Source of the DNA: Piromyces finnis finn
Lineage: Eukaryota; Fungi; Neocallimastigomycota
Direction of reading: 5' to 3'
NCBI GenBank assembly: GCA_002104945.1
Contig: MCFH01000048.1
Span: 248,001 to 312,000 of the forward strand
Length of the DNA stretch: 64,000 bases
Shown: piece after piece, positions 23,230-37,839 of the stretch
Numbering within the stretch: position 1 is the first letter of the stretch
How the letters are laid out: each line of letters begins with the position of its first letter
Translations under genes and position numbers: made by a program
Notes under the pieces: model-generated
What the model saw: only the letters and a program-made list of their open reading frames with translations
What the model was told of the DNA's origin: nothing
The model's database searches: none

Positions 23230-24754
23230 TGTGAAAATATTAACTGAATTTAAAATAAAATCAGATAATATCTATATCAACTAAAACATAATAATTATAA
23301 TTAAATAATTTTAATAATTATTTTAAAACACCTTTAAAAGACTCATTTTGATATTTGATTTAGTAAAAGGGTTATAACTTCAAAAACTTTATGTCAATAA
23401 ACTATAACCCTTAATAGAAAATAAACAAACACAAAATAGGGTGTAATTCGCTAAAATAAAAACCAGATTTAATAGAAAGTTTAGGGGAAAAGCTACATTT
23501 TGGTACAATCGCAATCCTTCTAACTGGTCATTTAAGGAAAAGATGATCATTTAAAGTTTTCAATAGGTAAATTAAAATCAATATGATATATCAAATATGG
23601 ATCATAAATATTTCTTATGACTTTATAAAAATTAAAAATATATCAACAAGAACTCTAGTTACATTAAATTAATGGAAATGACTGTTACTAAAAATATAAC
23701 TAAACCATTTAGGTGTAACAGTTATCATACATAAATGAAATAATATTAATTATTATAAACTAGGTTAACAGCAAGTTTTATTATTAAAAAATAATTTTTA
23801 AAATAATAATCATTTAATTGTAACAAATATGTTATTATCAATTAATAATTAATTGAATAGTTTTTATAATTATTAATTGTAATCAAATGTATAAATGATT
23901 AATCATATATTTATTTTACTGTATGCCATGACGAATTATTAATTTTAATATTAGTAATAATCTTTACAAATAATTAAATTTGTATAATATTCTAAACTAT
24001 TTATACTATTTGTAAAAATTATATTTAATAATAAAATAGCTTTTCAATACATGATTATATTTATAATTCATAATACTAATACTTAAACTTAAGCTTTATT
24101 CGTAATTATTAAAAATAACTTTTATGTTATTAATAATATTAATTATTATATAATTCATTGAATATAATTATTATAGTTATAAATCTTTTAATTCAAAGAT
24201 TATAATTTATCTTATTGAAATAATTGTTATAAAATAAAGTTATTATCTTCCGGAGGATTATTTTAATTTAATTTAATTTAATTTAATTAATTGAAAGAGA
24301 TAATTTAATTTTACAGAATGATTTATAATTAATAAATGCATTATTCTCTGAATTCTCATTAATCATTTGTTCGTAAATATCTTTAAATCTTAATATCTCG
24401 TAAACCACAAGAGATATCATACCTGTATTAACATATGTTGTAGTTCTCGAGCGTGGCTTTCTAATGAACATAGCTTTATCGGAAAATATATTCATTCAAA
24501 AAACGCCATTCGTTGTTGGTTACAATTATTTTTCGTTATTAAATTATGATCTTAAGGGTTAAAGGTGCTTATAATATTTTATGAAAGGGTTAAGGTCATG
24601 TTGCTTGAATTTTTAATATTCTTAATAATATTCAATATTGTTTTTTATATATATATATATTTTTAAAATTTAATAATTAATTTTTTGATATTTAAAAGTA
24701 ATTACACAATTTCAAGTGATCTTGAAATTGCAGATTCCACTAGTATTCGTGACA
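23230..24754. mobile_element. Composite of a diverged A LTR (left) and an inverted K LTR (right), inserted in an X LTR
   Basis: Begins TGTGAAAAT (A-like) and ends TCGTGACA (K). It is flanked by AATTT on both sides (23225-23229 / 24755-24759). The host X LTR ends at 24805. Confidence 0.7.
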
Positions 24755-24809
24755 AATTTTCTACTAATACCAAATTTATAATATATTTATATTTATTATT
24801 TATCAAAAT

Positions 24810-25609
24810 TGTAAGAAATAATAATTATTTAATACATAATTAATATTTCTTAGTTAAAATTAATAATCAATAACTATTAATTTATATTATTGATATTAAT
24901 TTATTTAAAAATTATTTCAACATAAATTCATTTTTTAATTGTTTATTTTCACATAATTTTAATATCTTAAAGTACTTTTAATCTTAATCATTTAATTAAA
25001 TTATTAAATTAATATTTTATTTAATATTTTTATTAAATATATTTATTCCTTTAGTTAGTTTATTTAATTAATTGCTTTTATATAACTTTATATTTTTATT
25101 AAATATATTTATTTATTTATTTAATTATTGTTTAGGAATTGATATTTTAAGTTTTTTTTCCAATTCCTAAAATAATTGGTTTTACTTAAAATATACGATG
25201 ATCAATATGTAATATTGATTGAACTTTGTTTAAGTTTTTTTTCTAATCTTTTCCTAAACAAAAAACTAGATTAGATAAAATTTTAATTTAAACTTTAAAT
25301 TTATTAAATAATATAAATAAGACTCTTGATTCTCTTTTAAGAAATCAAGAGTTATTATTATAAAAAACAAATTATAATAATAATGTGTTTTTAATTTTAT
25401 TTTACTTAACTTAGTTATAATAAAACATATTGCTTAAAATATATTAAAGTGTAAAACTATTTTAGGTCTACTCTTATAATAAACTCGAAATCAAAGATAA
25501 GTATTAATATTTATTTATTTTTTCTTTTATTCTCAATTTATTGATATTAAGATATCAATAAAGTTGTTAATAATTCTATTATATAATAGTTTATAACGGA
25601 ATTATTACA
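24810..25609. mobile_element. Solo LTR family E (TGTAAGAAATAAT...GGAATTATTACA)
   Basis: Homologous to 35323-37211 and 43351-46420. Confidence 0.75.
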
Positions 25610-25850
25610 AAAATGCTCTGTTATGTGAAAATAAAATACATTCCAAAATATTGTTTTATGTATTTTTTTATGTATTTGTATTTTATAAAATTATAAATTA
25701 ATATTGTACCACATTTTTTTATTCTTTCGTTATTTAAAAAGATTTAAGAAATTTACAATATTTATATTATAAAAATAAATATAAATAAATAAAAGAGTAT
25801 TAAACTCAAATAATTTATAAATTAAGTATAAAGTAAATTTATTGCTGACA

Positions 25851-26444
25851 TGTCTCAATAACATATATAAAAATTTAAAAAATTTGGACACATGGAAAAA
25901 ATTTATTTAGGTTAGTTTCTTTCCTATTAAATATAATTCCTTTTGGAAGAAGATTGAATGCTTCCTTATATTGTTGTAGTTCAGTTGGTAATTTCTCGAT
26001 TTCGGAAATAATAAATTTCTCTAAACCCTTTTATAATATGTTTTAAATGAAATTTCTAATCCTTTGAGATTATTAAATTTTTTAAATTATTAAAATTTTA
26101 TTAACTATTTACAATAATTATATTAATTATTAATTTATAAAAATTAAATATTTTATAATTAAACAATAATTAATTAAAATATAAAAATGTAATAATTAAA
26201 ATTGTTCATGTATAAAAGGAACAAAAATTGACAAAAATTACGAAGCTTTAGCGATAGTAATTTTTTTAACTTAAAGTTAATGAAATTTATAAACTCCTAT
26301 AAAACCTTAAAAATTTTAATTATTTTTTTTTTATATAAATATTATTAGCTTTACACCTTCAATAGGAAAGCGTATTATATTAGTTAGTTAATATAACTAG
26401 TGTGCTTACCACACTTTTCTTTAATAAAAATTCACTTTTTGATA
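25851..26444 (+). mobile_element. Diverged family-D solo LTR
   Basis: Runs TGTCTCAATAACATATA...TTTTTGATA and directly abuts an upstream CA end. Confidence 0.65.
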
Positions 26445-28189
26445 GTATCATAATTTTAAACTATAAAATATTATACAATAAAGTTAATTAATAAAATAAA
26501 CCTTAAATAATAATAAAATACTAATAACTATTTTAATAATAAAGTTTGGTAAAATTTATAAAATATTATAAGTAATTATATTAATACTAATAATAAAAGT
26601 TATAAATAACTATATACAAATGATATAATTATATAATAAAAAAATGAATAGTCAATAAAAAAAGTATAAAAATTATAATATATAATTTTTACATTTTAAA
26701 AATAGAGATAAACAATAATAAGGAATATAAATAGTTGAAGGTTAAATTCTAGAACTCTAGCTAATTCACTATTTTGTTCATTCCTTAACAATAGATAATA
26801 CTAGTTAAATATTATCTTAATTTTATAAATGAATATAGAAAGTGATAATATCTGTATCTAAATTTTAATAAATAGATTTTTATACTTGTTCATTTGCAAG
26901 TCTTTATTAGTTTAAAATATAAAATTATTTTATTTAATTATAAAATTTTAATATATAATAACTCTTGTATTATTAAATATATATAAATTATTATTATTCA
27001 ATACATCTCGTATGTATATAACTATAATTGCAAATATTATTTTATATAAATTATATATCTAATTTTACTGGATTATTAGAAACAACTTTTAAAAAGAACA
27101 TTTTCTATTACTATTTATACAAAATTATTATTTTAAAGTATAACTATAAACAAATATAAACTATTTAATTTAAAGAGAATTAAACAATTAAATAAACAAA
27201 AAGTTTACATTTATAATTTTTAATTTAATAATTTTATACATTTTAAATATTTTAATTTTTATCTGTGTTTTAATTATTATTATTATTATTATCTATTTAT
27301 TATATAATAAATTCTGAATAAAAACGGCTTAATAGAGATAATAATAAAATAAATTATTAAATAAAATAAAACGACTTAATCCAAAAAACGTATTAAAATA
27401 ATAAAATAATAATAATAAATAAAAATGAATAAATAAACTAAAAATAAAATGGTATACATCAAATTATTAATTCTAGTGTTTTATCCAAGTGTTCCTTAGA
27501 AATTATTTTAAATTTATATATTTATATATATAAATTAATAAATAAATAATTGAGTAGCTATTACTAAAAGTAATAAACTTAAAACCTGGAAATAATAACA
27601 ACAATTTTAAAGATAAAATACAAAACTCTTTTATGTTTCTGTATAAAATGAGTGTTTATAATAATTGATACTTTTAATATTTTAATTTTATTTTAATTTC
27701 ATTTTAATTTTAAAATTTAATTATTTTATTCAAGGTATTATACATTTAATGATAGTCAATGATAATTTATAGTAATTTTCCTAAATTTAAACATTTTGAA
27801 GTAATAAGAAAATCAAATAAGTAATATTCTATAATATTTTATAATACTAAAACATAATTTTAATTTATTCTTTTAATTTTAATAAATAATAACAATAGTA
27901 ATAATAATATTTAATAGTTAAAAATAATAATACATGTAATAAATGAAAATGTATAAAAGGAAGATAAAATTCTTCTTCATAAAAATCAGAAAATAAATAG
28001 AGAATAAAAAGACAATAAATAAATAATAAAATATAATAAGGAGATAGTTTAAATATAATAAAAGAGTTTATTTTCGAGTTTTAAATGATTTATTTGTTAA
28101 TTATAAAACGTATTTTATTTTAAATTTATTGTTTCATCTAAATCCTAGAATTTATTTAATCATGAGATTTAATTAATTAATTAATTATT

Positions 28190-28242
<53 letters not shown>

Positions 28243-28610
28243 CACATTATTATATAAACAAAAGAATCATTTTATTATTATTAAATATTTATCTTTATTT
28301 ATTATAATATATTATACCTAGTATTTGTACATATTTAAATAATTATCTTTCTTATACAAATATACCATTTATTTACTTATTAATATTACTAAATTATTAC
28401 TAAAATTCCTACCACTTATTTTATTATATTTTATAAATCAAGAACCTTTTTTTTAAAATTATTTAATTCTCAATTATATTTATTAGTTTATATTAATTAA
28501 ATTTAACATTAATTGAATTATTATTAATCAATCATCATTTTAACCCTTACGTAAATTGATCTGAAGTTTATGCTAAAAGTAGTATTTTCTGTTTGTCACG
28601 TATCAAACAA

Positions 28611-28879
28611 TGATAAAATTTGAAAATAATCTTAATTTTGAATTTTACTTCAAAAAGTGATTATTATATTATATCTTTAGTTATAACTGTATAAGTTATA
28701 TTATTTAAGACTTAAAATTGTTTTTATAAAAATTAATAAAATTGTTTTATTAAAACACTAAATTGCTTTATTAGAAACACTCGTTTTTCTAATATTTAAT
28801 TATTTAAAAGTTTATTTATTTAATTATAAAAGTGATTATTAAAATCATAAAAATATTAACTAAACTATAGAATATTTCT

Positions 28880-28937
<58 letters not shown>

Positions 28938-29460
28938 TTAAAATAAGAATATTTACATGTATTTATATTTTCTTTTAAATTTAAACTATTTACATTAAAA
29001 TAATAAAATTAATAACTATTTAAAATAAAAGTAATAAAAGTAATTAGAAATAACAATAAAGGAAACAATTAAAAGTTAAAGAATATAAAAAGTTGTTTAT
29101 TTTACAATTAATTAAAGTAATAATTATTTTTAATGTTTTAATAAAGGTGTTTAATTATATTATTTTATAACATGAATTATTATATTTGTTTACTTTTAAA
29201 GTGTAATTTACTAACGAAGTTATTAAATATTTAATTTAACAATTAATTTAACAAGAGTTATATATTTTGATCTCGATTAATTAAAGTTTATTATTTTCTT
29301 TTAATAATCAAAATATATGCAGTGTTTAGGATTAATTTTATTTAAGAATTTTGGTAAAGTACTTAATTAAACTATAACTTGTTTTAAGTTTCTTTTAGGG
29401 TTAACTTAAAAATCAGGTATAATAATAATTTTATATTTATTAATTTCATTATTTAATATA
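28611..29460. mobile_element. Family F solo LTR (inverted) with expanded (AAT)n and decayed terminus
   Basis: Homologous to 1853-2656. The end atttaatata replaces the expected atttatcaca and lies 12 bp from tRNA-Gly. Confidence 0.7.
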
Positions 29461-29472
29461 TTTTTGGGTAAA

Positions 29473-29543
29473 GCGTTAATAGTATAGAGGTAGAATATTT
29501 GCCTTCCAAGCAAATGGCCCGGGTTCGATTCCCGGTTAACGCA
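29473..29543 (+). tRNA. tRNA-Gly(TCC)
   Basis: Acceptor GCGTTAA/TTAACGC; anticodon arm TTTGC-CTTCCAA-GCAAA. Confidence 0.93.
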
Positions 29544-29549
29544 TATAAT

Positions 29550-29621
29550 GCCTGTTTGGCTTAGTGGTAGAGCGTCGCTCTTGTAAAGCGAAGGTCGGTG
29601 GTTCAATTCCGTCAATAGGCA
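29550..29621 (+). tRNA. tRNA-Thr(TGT)
   Basis: Anticodon arm TCGCT-CTTGTAA-AGCGA, followed by a TTTTT terminator. Confidence 0.93.
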
Positions 29622-30001
29622 TTTTTAACTATTTTTAAAAATAGTTATATAATTATTATTTTTTTCTAATAAAAATTACATAAATTATTTGAGTTATTAT
29701 TTTAAATATATATTTAATAGTTAATTTATTATTTAATATTTTATTTTATAATGATTGAAATTTGGAAATTGTTGAAAATACACAAAAAATAGTTTGAATA
29801 TAAATAAACAAGTAATAAAATATTTTGATACTTTGAAATGCTTTAAATATAAAAAATGAAAGGAAAAGTTATTAATAAATAAATTATTAAATAATAAATT
29901 AACTATTAAATATATATTTAAAATAATAACTCAAATAATTTATGTAATTTTTATTAGAAAAAAATAATAATTATATAACTATTTTTAAAAATAGTTAAAA
30001 A

Positions 30002-30073
30002 TGCCTATTGACGGAATTGAACCACCGACCTTCGCTTTACAAGAGCGACGCTCTACCACTAAGCCAAACAGGC
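30002..30073 (-). tRNA. tRNA-Thr(TGT), inverted duplicate
   Basis: Exact reverse complement of 29550-29621. Confidence 0.93.
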
Positions 30074-30079
30074 ATTATA

Positions 30080-30150
30080 TGCGTTAACCGGGAATCGAAC
30101 CCGGGCCATTTGCTTGGAAGGCAAATATTCTACCTCTATACTATTAACGC
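30080..30150 (-). tRNA. tRNA-Gly(TCC), inverted duplicate
   Basis: Exact reverse complement of 29473-29543. Confidence 0.93.
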
Positions 30151-30216
30151 TTTACCTGTTAATTTTGATACAAGATACATAGAAAAATATAATATTTTAA
30201 ATATTTTATGAATAAT

Positions 30217-31348
30217 TGTGAAGATATTAACTGGATTTAAAATAAATTCAGATAATATCTATAATTAATTAAACATAATAATTATAATTAAATAATTTCA
30301 ATAATTATTTTAAAACACTTTTAAAAGTCACCTTTTAAATTTTGATTCAGTGAAAGGGTTATGATTTCAAAAATTTAATATCAATACACTATAACCCTTA
30401 ACCAAAAATAAGCAAGTACGAAATAAGGTGTAACTCGCCAAAAACGATCGCTACGGCTGTAAGTGCTACGGTGATGAAACTAGGTTTATTGGAAAGCTTA
30501 GGAAGAAAGCTACAATTTGGTACAATCGCGGTCCTTCTAACTGATCATTTAAGGAAGTTATGATTATTTAAAGATTTTATTAGGTAAATTAAAATCAATA
30601 TGATATCAAGTATGGATCATAAATATTTCTTATGACTTGATGAAATTAAAAATATATCAATAGGAATTTTAGTTATATTAATTTAATTAATGATAACGAT
30701 TGTTACTAAAAATAGAACTAGACCCATTTAGGTGTAACAGTTAACACCTATAAATTAAATAATCTTAATTATTATAAAATAGGTTAACGGCAAGTTTTAT
30801 TAGAAATAATTTTGAAAATAATAATTATTTAATTATAACAAATATGTTATGGTAATATCAATTAATAATGATGAATTATTAATTGAATAGTTTTTATAAT
30901 TACTAATTAGGATCAACTGTTTAAATGATTAATCATATGTTTATTTTATTTTATGTCATGACAAACAAACAAACAAACAAACAATCTTATTACTTATTTA
31001 ATTATATTACTAATATATTACATGTAATACTTTATTCTTATTAATATCAATTTAATAATCTGAACAAAGAATATAAAAGAGAATGAATTGAATTCGATTT
31101 TAATTCTTTGTAAAGATTATAGTTATAATCTTAATTATATAGTTACTTATAATATCATTTATATTATTATTATTAAATAAATAAAAAATTTATAAAAAGT
31201 TATTTTAAAGTAAATATAAATTTTTCATTTTTCATTTGGGAGTTTAAGGTGTTATTTTATAATTAAATTTAATTTCTTAAAAAACATTTTTACTATATAA
31301 TTAATAACATTCTGACCTGGCCGCATAACCAAACCCAAAAACTTAACA
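30217..31348. mobile_element. Solo LTR family A (1132 bp)
   Basis: TG...CA ends and TSD ATAAT (30212-30216 / 31349-31353). Confidence 0.92.
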
Positions 31349-32129
31349 ATAATATCTAATCCTTTTATAAATTATATATCAATTATTAGTGTTAATAATA
31401 ATTAAACTATATTAGTATAAATTATTATGACGCAAATGTTACACATATATTAGAATAATTAATTACACAAGAAGTGAAAAGATATAAAAATAGTGATAAA
31501 GAACAAGATATAAAAAAGGAGGAACTTTTCATTTATAAATAATATTTGATATTTTAGTTTTAAGTATAAGTTCTATTTCATTTTATTTTATTTTAATAGT
31601 TTTAGTTTAGGTTAGTTTTAGGTTACTAATTACGTATTTAGTATTTATTATATTTAATTCAGTTTAAAATATTAATTATAAAAGAAAAGAATAAATATTG
31701 TTTATTTTTATTATTTCAAAAAGTTATATTTTATTATTAATAAGAATTTTATAAACATATTTTTATATTTACATTTTATATTTAATTATTTATATTTATT
31801 AAATAATAACTTTCGATTCTACTAGTATTGAATGTTATTAATCTTATAATCATAATAATAATAATAATTAAATAAAGAAACTTTAAACCAAAATCTATTT
31901 AATTATATTATTATAAAATCTATTATTTTTATTATTTATTTTTATTATTTATTTTTATTATTATAAAATAGAAATAAATACAATATTATTTAATAAATTA
32001 TTCAACTCTCATTCCCTATTGCTAACGTTCACAATTATATTTTATTTATGGTGTTTTTGAAATATATTGCATCAATTTTAATAAATAATAGTTATAAATA
32101 TATTATAAATTTGATATTAGTAGAAATTT

Positions 32130-33144
32130 TGTCACGAATACTAGTGGAATCTACAATTTCAAGTGATCTTGAAATTGTGAAATTACTTATAAAATTTCAA
32201 AATCAATAATATTTTATTTCCAAATAAATTATAAAATTATATTAAGAAATATTTAAAAAATTTATAAAAGGTTAAGATATGACCTTAACCCTTAATAATT
32301 TTATAACAAATAACTTTAACCCTTATCGTCAAAATTAAATAAGGAAAAACACGCGTATCTCCTCAACGAATGGCGATTTTGGATAATTGTGTTTTGGGAA
32401 ATACGCTCGAGACAAACAACATATCTTAAAATCAGGTCAATATCTCTGTTGGTTCACGAGATATTCCAATTTAAAGATATTTTGTTAGTAATGATTAATT
32501 GTTTATTCAGAGAATGATCACCCCTGATGTATTGAACATAAATCATTCACACAAAAAGATATAAATTATTGTTTTAATTAAATTAAAATTATTTTCCGGA
32601 ATTAATTAACTTTATTTTATAATAATTATTTCAATAACGTAACTTATAATCTTTGAATTAAAAGATTATAATTATTAATATTATATTCAATGAATTATAT
32701 TATAATTAAGAAATAATTAATATTATGAATATATAAACAATAGTTATTTTTAATAATTAGTAATAAGTCTTAAGTTTAACCTTAGTATTATAAAATATAT
32801 TATAAAAAATAATCATGTATTAAAAGTTATTTTATTATTAAATGTAAAACTACAAATAGTATAAATAGTTAGAATAGTTTTATGAAATTAAATCTTTGTA
32901 AAAATTATTATCTTATTAATACTTAATAAGTATTACTATTAAATAATCTTATTATTATATATATTCTTTAAATAAAATAAAAAGAAATTATTTTAACCAT
33001 AATACATAATACATAATTTAATTATTCATTTATAAAACAATTAAGATTATTTTAATAAAACATTTTTTCTAACCTAGTTATCTTTAATCTTTTATTTAAT
33101 TTAATATTTTAATATTAAATTATAAGTTTAGTAAAACTTTTACA
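32130..33144. mobile_element. Solo LTR family K (TGTCACGAAT...CTTTTACA)
   Basis: Flanked by AATTT on both sides and sits immediately before an L LTR, both inside an X LTR. Confidence 0.85.
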
Positions 33145-33148
33145 AATT

Positions 33149-33790
33149 TGTCAAAATCACAATTCATGAAATTTGACAGTTCATGAAATTTAATAATTTT
33201 GAATTAATAGTTAAATTAATTAAAATATTAATTTAATAATATTTTACTAATAATAGTTTATTTAATATAAATATTAATTGGAAAGCTATTTATTATCCGG
33301 AGATAAATAGTGTAACAATTAATTAATATTAAACAAACCAATTAGTAAAATAAGATTCATTTAAATAATTATTAATATTATTTTTAACAACTTATTAATA
33401 TCGATATTTAAAGAAAATTATATTATTATTATTATTATATTTTATTAATATTTATATTTATATTATTATACATGTATAACTTAAATTATATTATTATTAT
33501 ACTTTATTAATATCAACATTATATTAAAAATGAAAGTATAAATAAGTTGAACAAAGAACAACTTTAAGAAGTTCTTTGTGAGATTATTATACTCATTTTT
33601 ATATAGTAAATTCAATATTTAAAATTAATAATTATCATTTACTTATATTATAAAAATTAAATAAAATATTTCTTAAAAAACTATATTTATTACTCTTTTA
33701 TTTATAAAAACTTATTATTTACTATATAATTAAGCCTATCCTAACCTAGTAGACTTAGTTATAGTTCTAAATCCACTCTAACTCTTGACA
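33149..33790. mobile_element. Solo LTR family L
   Basis: Near-identical to 4213-4853. It is followed by AATTT and the continuation of the X host. Confidence 0.85.
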
Positions 33791-33978
33791 AAATTTTTAT
33801 TATAAAATAATTATTAAATAATTTTATATAGTTTTTAATAATTTAAAAAAAAATTTAAAAATTTCAAAGATTAGAAATTTTATACTTTAAAAAATTTTAA
33901 AAATAAATTTTTTAAATTTTTATATATGTTATTGTGACAGACTTTTTGATAAATAATTAAATTTATAAATTATAAATT

Positions 33979-34111
<133 letters not shown>

Positions 34112-34185
34112 TTAAAACACAGATAGTTAAAAATTAAAATAATTAACTTGTATAAAATTATTAAATTAAAAATTATAAATGTAAA

Positions 34186-34216
<31 letters not shown>

Positions 34217-34628
34217 TAAATTAAATAGTTTATATTTGTTTATAATTATACTTTAAAATAATAATTTTGTATAAATAGTGATAGAATTACCTTATTTTAA
34301 AAGATGTTCCTAATAATCCATGAAAATTAGATATAGTTATATTAAATTTATATATTATGGTTACTAATTATCCAAGAGAGAAAAATTAGATATTTATACT
34401 TAATAAAACAATATTTATTTTACAACATTTATAATACATACTAGATGTATTAAATTTTAATTATTTAATAATACTAGAGTTATTAAATAATATGATAATA
34501 TAATAATTTTATAATTAAATAAAATAACATTTTATATTAAAAACTAACTAACACTTGCAAATGAACAAGTATAAAAATCATTTATTCATTTATTTTATTT
34601 TCTTATTTTTTTTAGATACAAATATTAT

Positions 34629-35265
34629 TGTCAAGAATCTAAGTGGATTTAAGTTTATAATTAAGTCTACTAGGTTAGGATAGGCTTAATTATATAGTAA
34701 AGTAAGTGTTAAGATAAGGAGTAATAAATATAGTTTTTAAAGAATTATTTTATTCAGCTTTTTATTAATATATAAATAATAATTATTAATTTTTAAATAT
34801 TGAATTTACTATATAAAAATGAGTATAATAATCTCACAAAGAACTTCTTAAAGTTGTTCTTTGTTCAACTTATTTATACTTTCATTTTTAATATAATGTA
34901 GATATTAATAAAGTATAATAATAATATAATTTAAGTTATACATGTATAATAATATAAATATAAATATTAATAAAATATAATAATAATATAATATAATTTT
35001 CTTTAAATATCGATATTAATAAGTTGTTAAAAATAATATTAATAATTATTTAAATGAATCTTATTTTACTAATTGGTTTGTTTAATATTAATTAATTGTT
35101 ACACTATTTATCTCCGGATAATAAATAGCTTTCCAATTAATATTTATATTAAATAAACTATTATTAGTAAAATATTATTAAATTAATATTTTAATTAATT
35201 TAACTATTAATTCAAAATTATGAAATTTCATGAAATGTCAAATTTCATGAATTGTGATTTTGACA
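34629..35265. mobile_element. Family L solo LTR (inverted), inserted in a family-M LTR that ends at 35319
   Basis: TSD ATTAT (34624-34628 / 35266-35270). Confidence 0.88.
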
Positions 35266-35322
35266 ATTATAACTTGTAAAATATAGAATTAAGATACTAT
35301 TATATTCTATTGTATTACAAAA

Positions 35323-37211
35323 TGTAAGAAATAATAATTATTTGATACATAATTAATATTTCTTAGTTAAAATCATTAATTATTAATCATTAATTAATGT
35401 TATTAATATTAGTTTATTTAAATAATTATTCTCATTTAAATTTATTTTAATTATTTATTTTCACTTAATTTTAATATCTTAAATTACATTTAGCCATTTA
35501 ATTATATTATTCATTAATATTTTATTTAATATTTTTATTAATTATATTTATGCATTTAATTAATTAATTTAATTAATTACTTTTATTTAACTTTATATTT
35601 TTATTAATTATATTTATTCATTTAATTAATTAATTTAATTAATTACTTTTATTTAACTTTATATTTTTATCAAATATATTTAATTATTTATTTAATTAAT
35701 TACCTTAAAATAATTATTCATTGTTTAGGAATCGATATTTTAAGGTTTTTTCCAATTTCTAAAATAATTGGTTTTACTTAAAATATACGATGATCAATAT
35801 GTATAGAATGTTGATCGAACTTTGTTTAGGTTTTTCTTCTAATCTTTTCCTAAACAAAAAATTATTTTGTTAAGATTAGATAAAATTTTAATTTAAACTT
35901 TAAATTTATTAAATAATATAAATAAAGACTCTTGATTCCCTTCTAAGAAATCAAGAGTTATTATTATAAGAAACAAATTATAATAATAAAAGCGTTTTTA
36001 ATTTTATTTTACTTAACTTAGTTATAATAAAACATATTAACTTATTAAAGTGTAAAATTATTTCTACTCTTATAATAAACTCGAACTTAAAGATAAGTAT
36101 TAATATTTATTTTCTTTTTATTCTCAATTTATCCATAAATTGTGTAAAAGTTTTACTAAACTTATAATTTAATATTAAAATATTAAATTAAATAAAAGAT
36201 TAAAGATAACTAGGTTAGAAAAAATGTTTTATTAAAATAATCTTAATTGTTTTATAAATGAATAATAATAATTAAATTATGTATTATAGTTAAAATAATT
36301 TCTTTTTATTTTATTTGAAGAGTATATATAATAATAAGATTATTTAATAGTAATACTTGTTAAGTATTAATAAGGTAATAATATTTACAAAGATTTAATT
36401 TCATAAAACTATTCTAAACTATTTATACTATTTGTAATTTTACATTTAATAATAAAATAACTTTTTAATACATGATTATTTTTTATAATATATTTTATAA
36501 TACTAAGGTTAAACTTAAGACTTATTACTAATTATTAAAAATAACTATTGTTTATATATTCATAATATTAATTATTTCTTAATTATAATATAATTCATTG
36601 AATATAATATTAATAATTATAATCTTTTAATTCAAAGATTATAAGTTACGTTATTGAAATAATTATTATAAAATAAAGTTAATTAATTCCGGAAAATAAT
36701 TTTAATTTAATTAAAACAATAATTTATATCTTTTTGTGTGAATGATTTATGTTCAATACATCAGGGGTGATCATTCTCTGAATAAACAATTAATCATTAC
36801 TAACAAAATATCTTTAAATTGGAATATCTCGTGAACCAACAGAGATATTGACCTGATTTTAAGATATGTTGTTTGTCTCGAGCGTATTTCCCAAAACACA
36901 ATTATCCAAAATCGCCATTCGTTGAGGAGATACGCGTGTTTTCCCTTATTTAATTTTGACGATAAGGGTTAAAGTTATTTGTTATAAAATTATTAAGGGT
37001 TAAGGTCATATCTTAACCTTTTATAAATTTTTTAAATATTTCTTAATATAATTTTATAATTTATTTGAAAATAAAATATTATTGATTTTGAAATTTTATA
37101 AGTAATTTCACAATTTCAAGATCACTTGAAATTGTAGATTCCACTAGTATTCGTGACAAATTGTAGTTAATAATTCTATTATATAATTATTTATAATGGG
37201 ATTATTATACA
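35323..37211. mobile_element. Family E solo LTR interrupted by a K LTR
   Basis: TGTAAGAAAT start and ATTATTATACA end; the flanks join across the K insertion. Confidence 0.8.
36143..37158. mobile_element. Family K solo LTR (inverted)
   Basis: TSD AATTG (36138-36142 / 37159-37163). Confidence 0.9.
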
Positions 37212-37213
37212 AA

Positions 37214-37836
37214 TGATAACGGATTGGCAGTTATATTACAACTTTTTAACTACTTCTTCTGTTATCTTATATTGTTTTATCTCGACAGCTATTGTACGAG
37301 CTTTAACAATATCTACTAGTTTTATTAATTTATTTTAAGTTATTTTATAATTTTAATAGTTTTATTATTTTAATAATATTTATATAGAATAATAACACCA
37401 GATTTATTCTATAAAATATTATTTATTATTAACACAATAATTACAAATTAGACAAGTTTAATTTCGTTTTTATATTTTCTTTTATTTATTGTTCTTACGC
37501 TCTTTTTAACAATAATTTTTATTATATAAAAACTTATTTTTGTCTTTTAAATATTATTATGTATTCACTAATTAATTATATTAACTATTATTAAAATTTA
37601 ACTTATTATTAGTAATCTAAGTCTTCTTATTTTCTACTAAAAAATATTATTATTCTTTATAATAAAAATTATTTTTATAATTTAACCCAATCAAATATAT
37701 AAATTTATAAAATATTTGATTTTATGTAAATTATATTTTTATAATAAACTATATAAAATTATTTAATAATTATTTTATAATAAAATTTTCTACTAATATC
37801 AAATGTATAATATATTTATAATTATTATTTATCACA
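37214..37836. mobile_element. Solo LTR family X (TGATAACGG...TTATCACA)
   Basis: Inverted homolog at 52312-52933; uninterrupted here. Confidence 0.75.
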
Positions 37837-37839
37837 AAA

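Noticed and set aside
29406-30211. Two 67-69 aa ORFs (MTELNHRPSL...)
   Set aside because: They are antisense readings of the duplicated tRNA-Thr/Gly genes.
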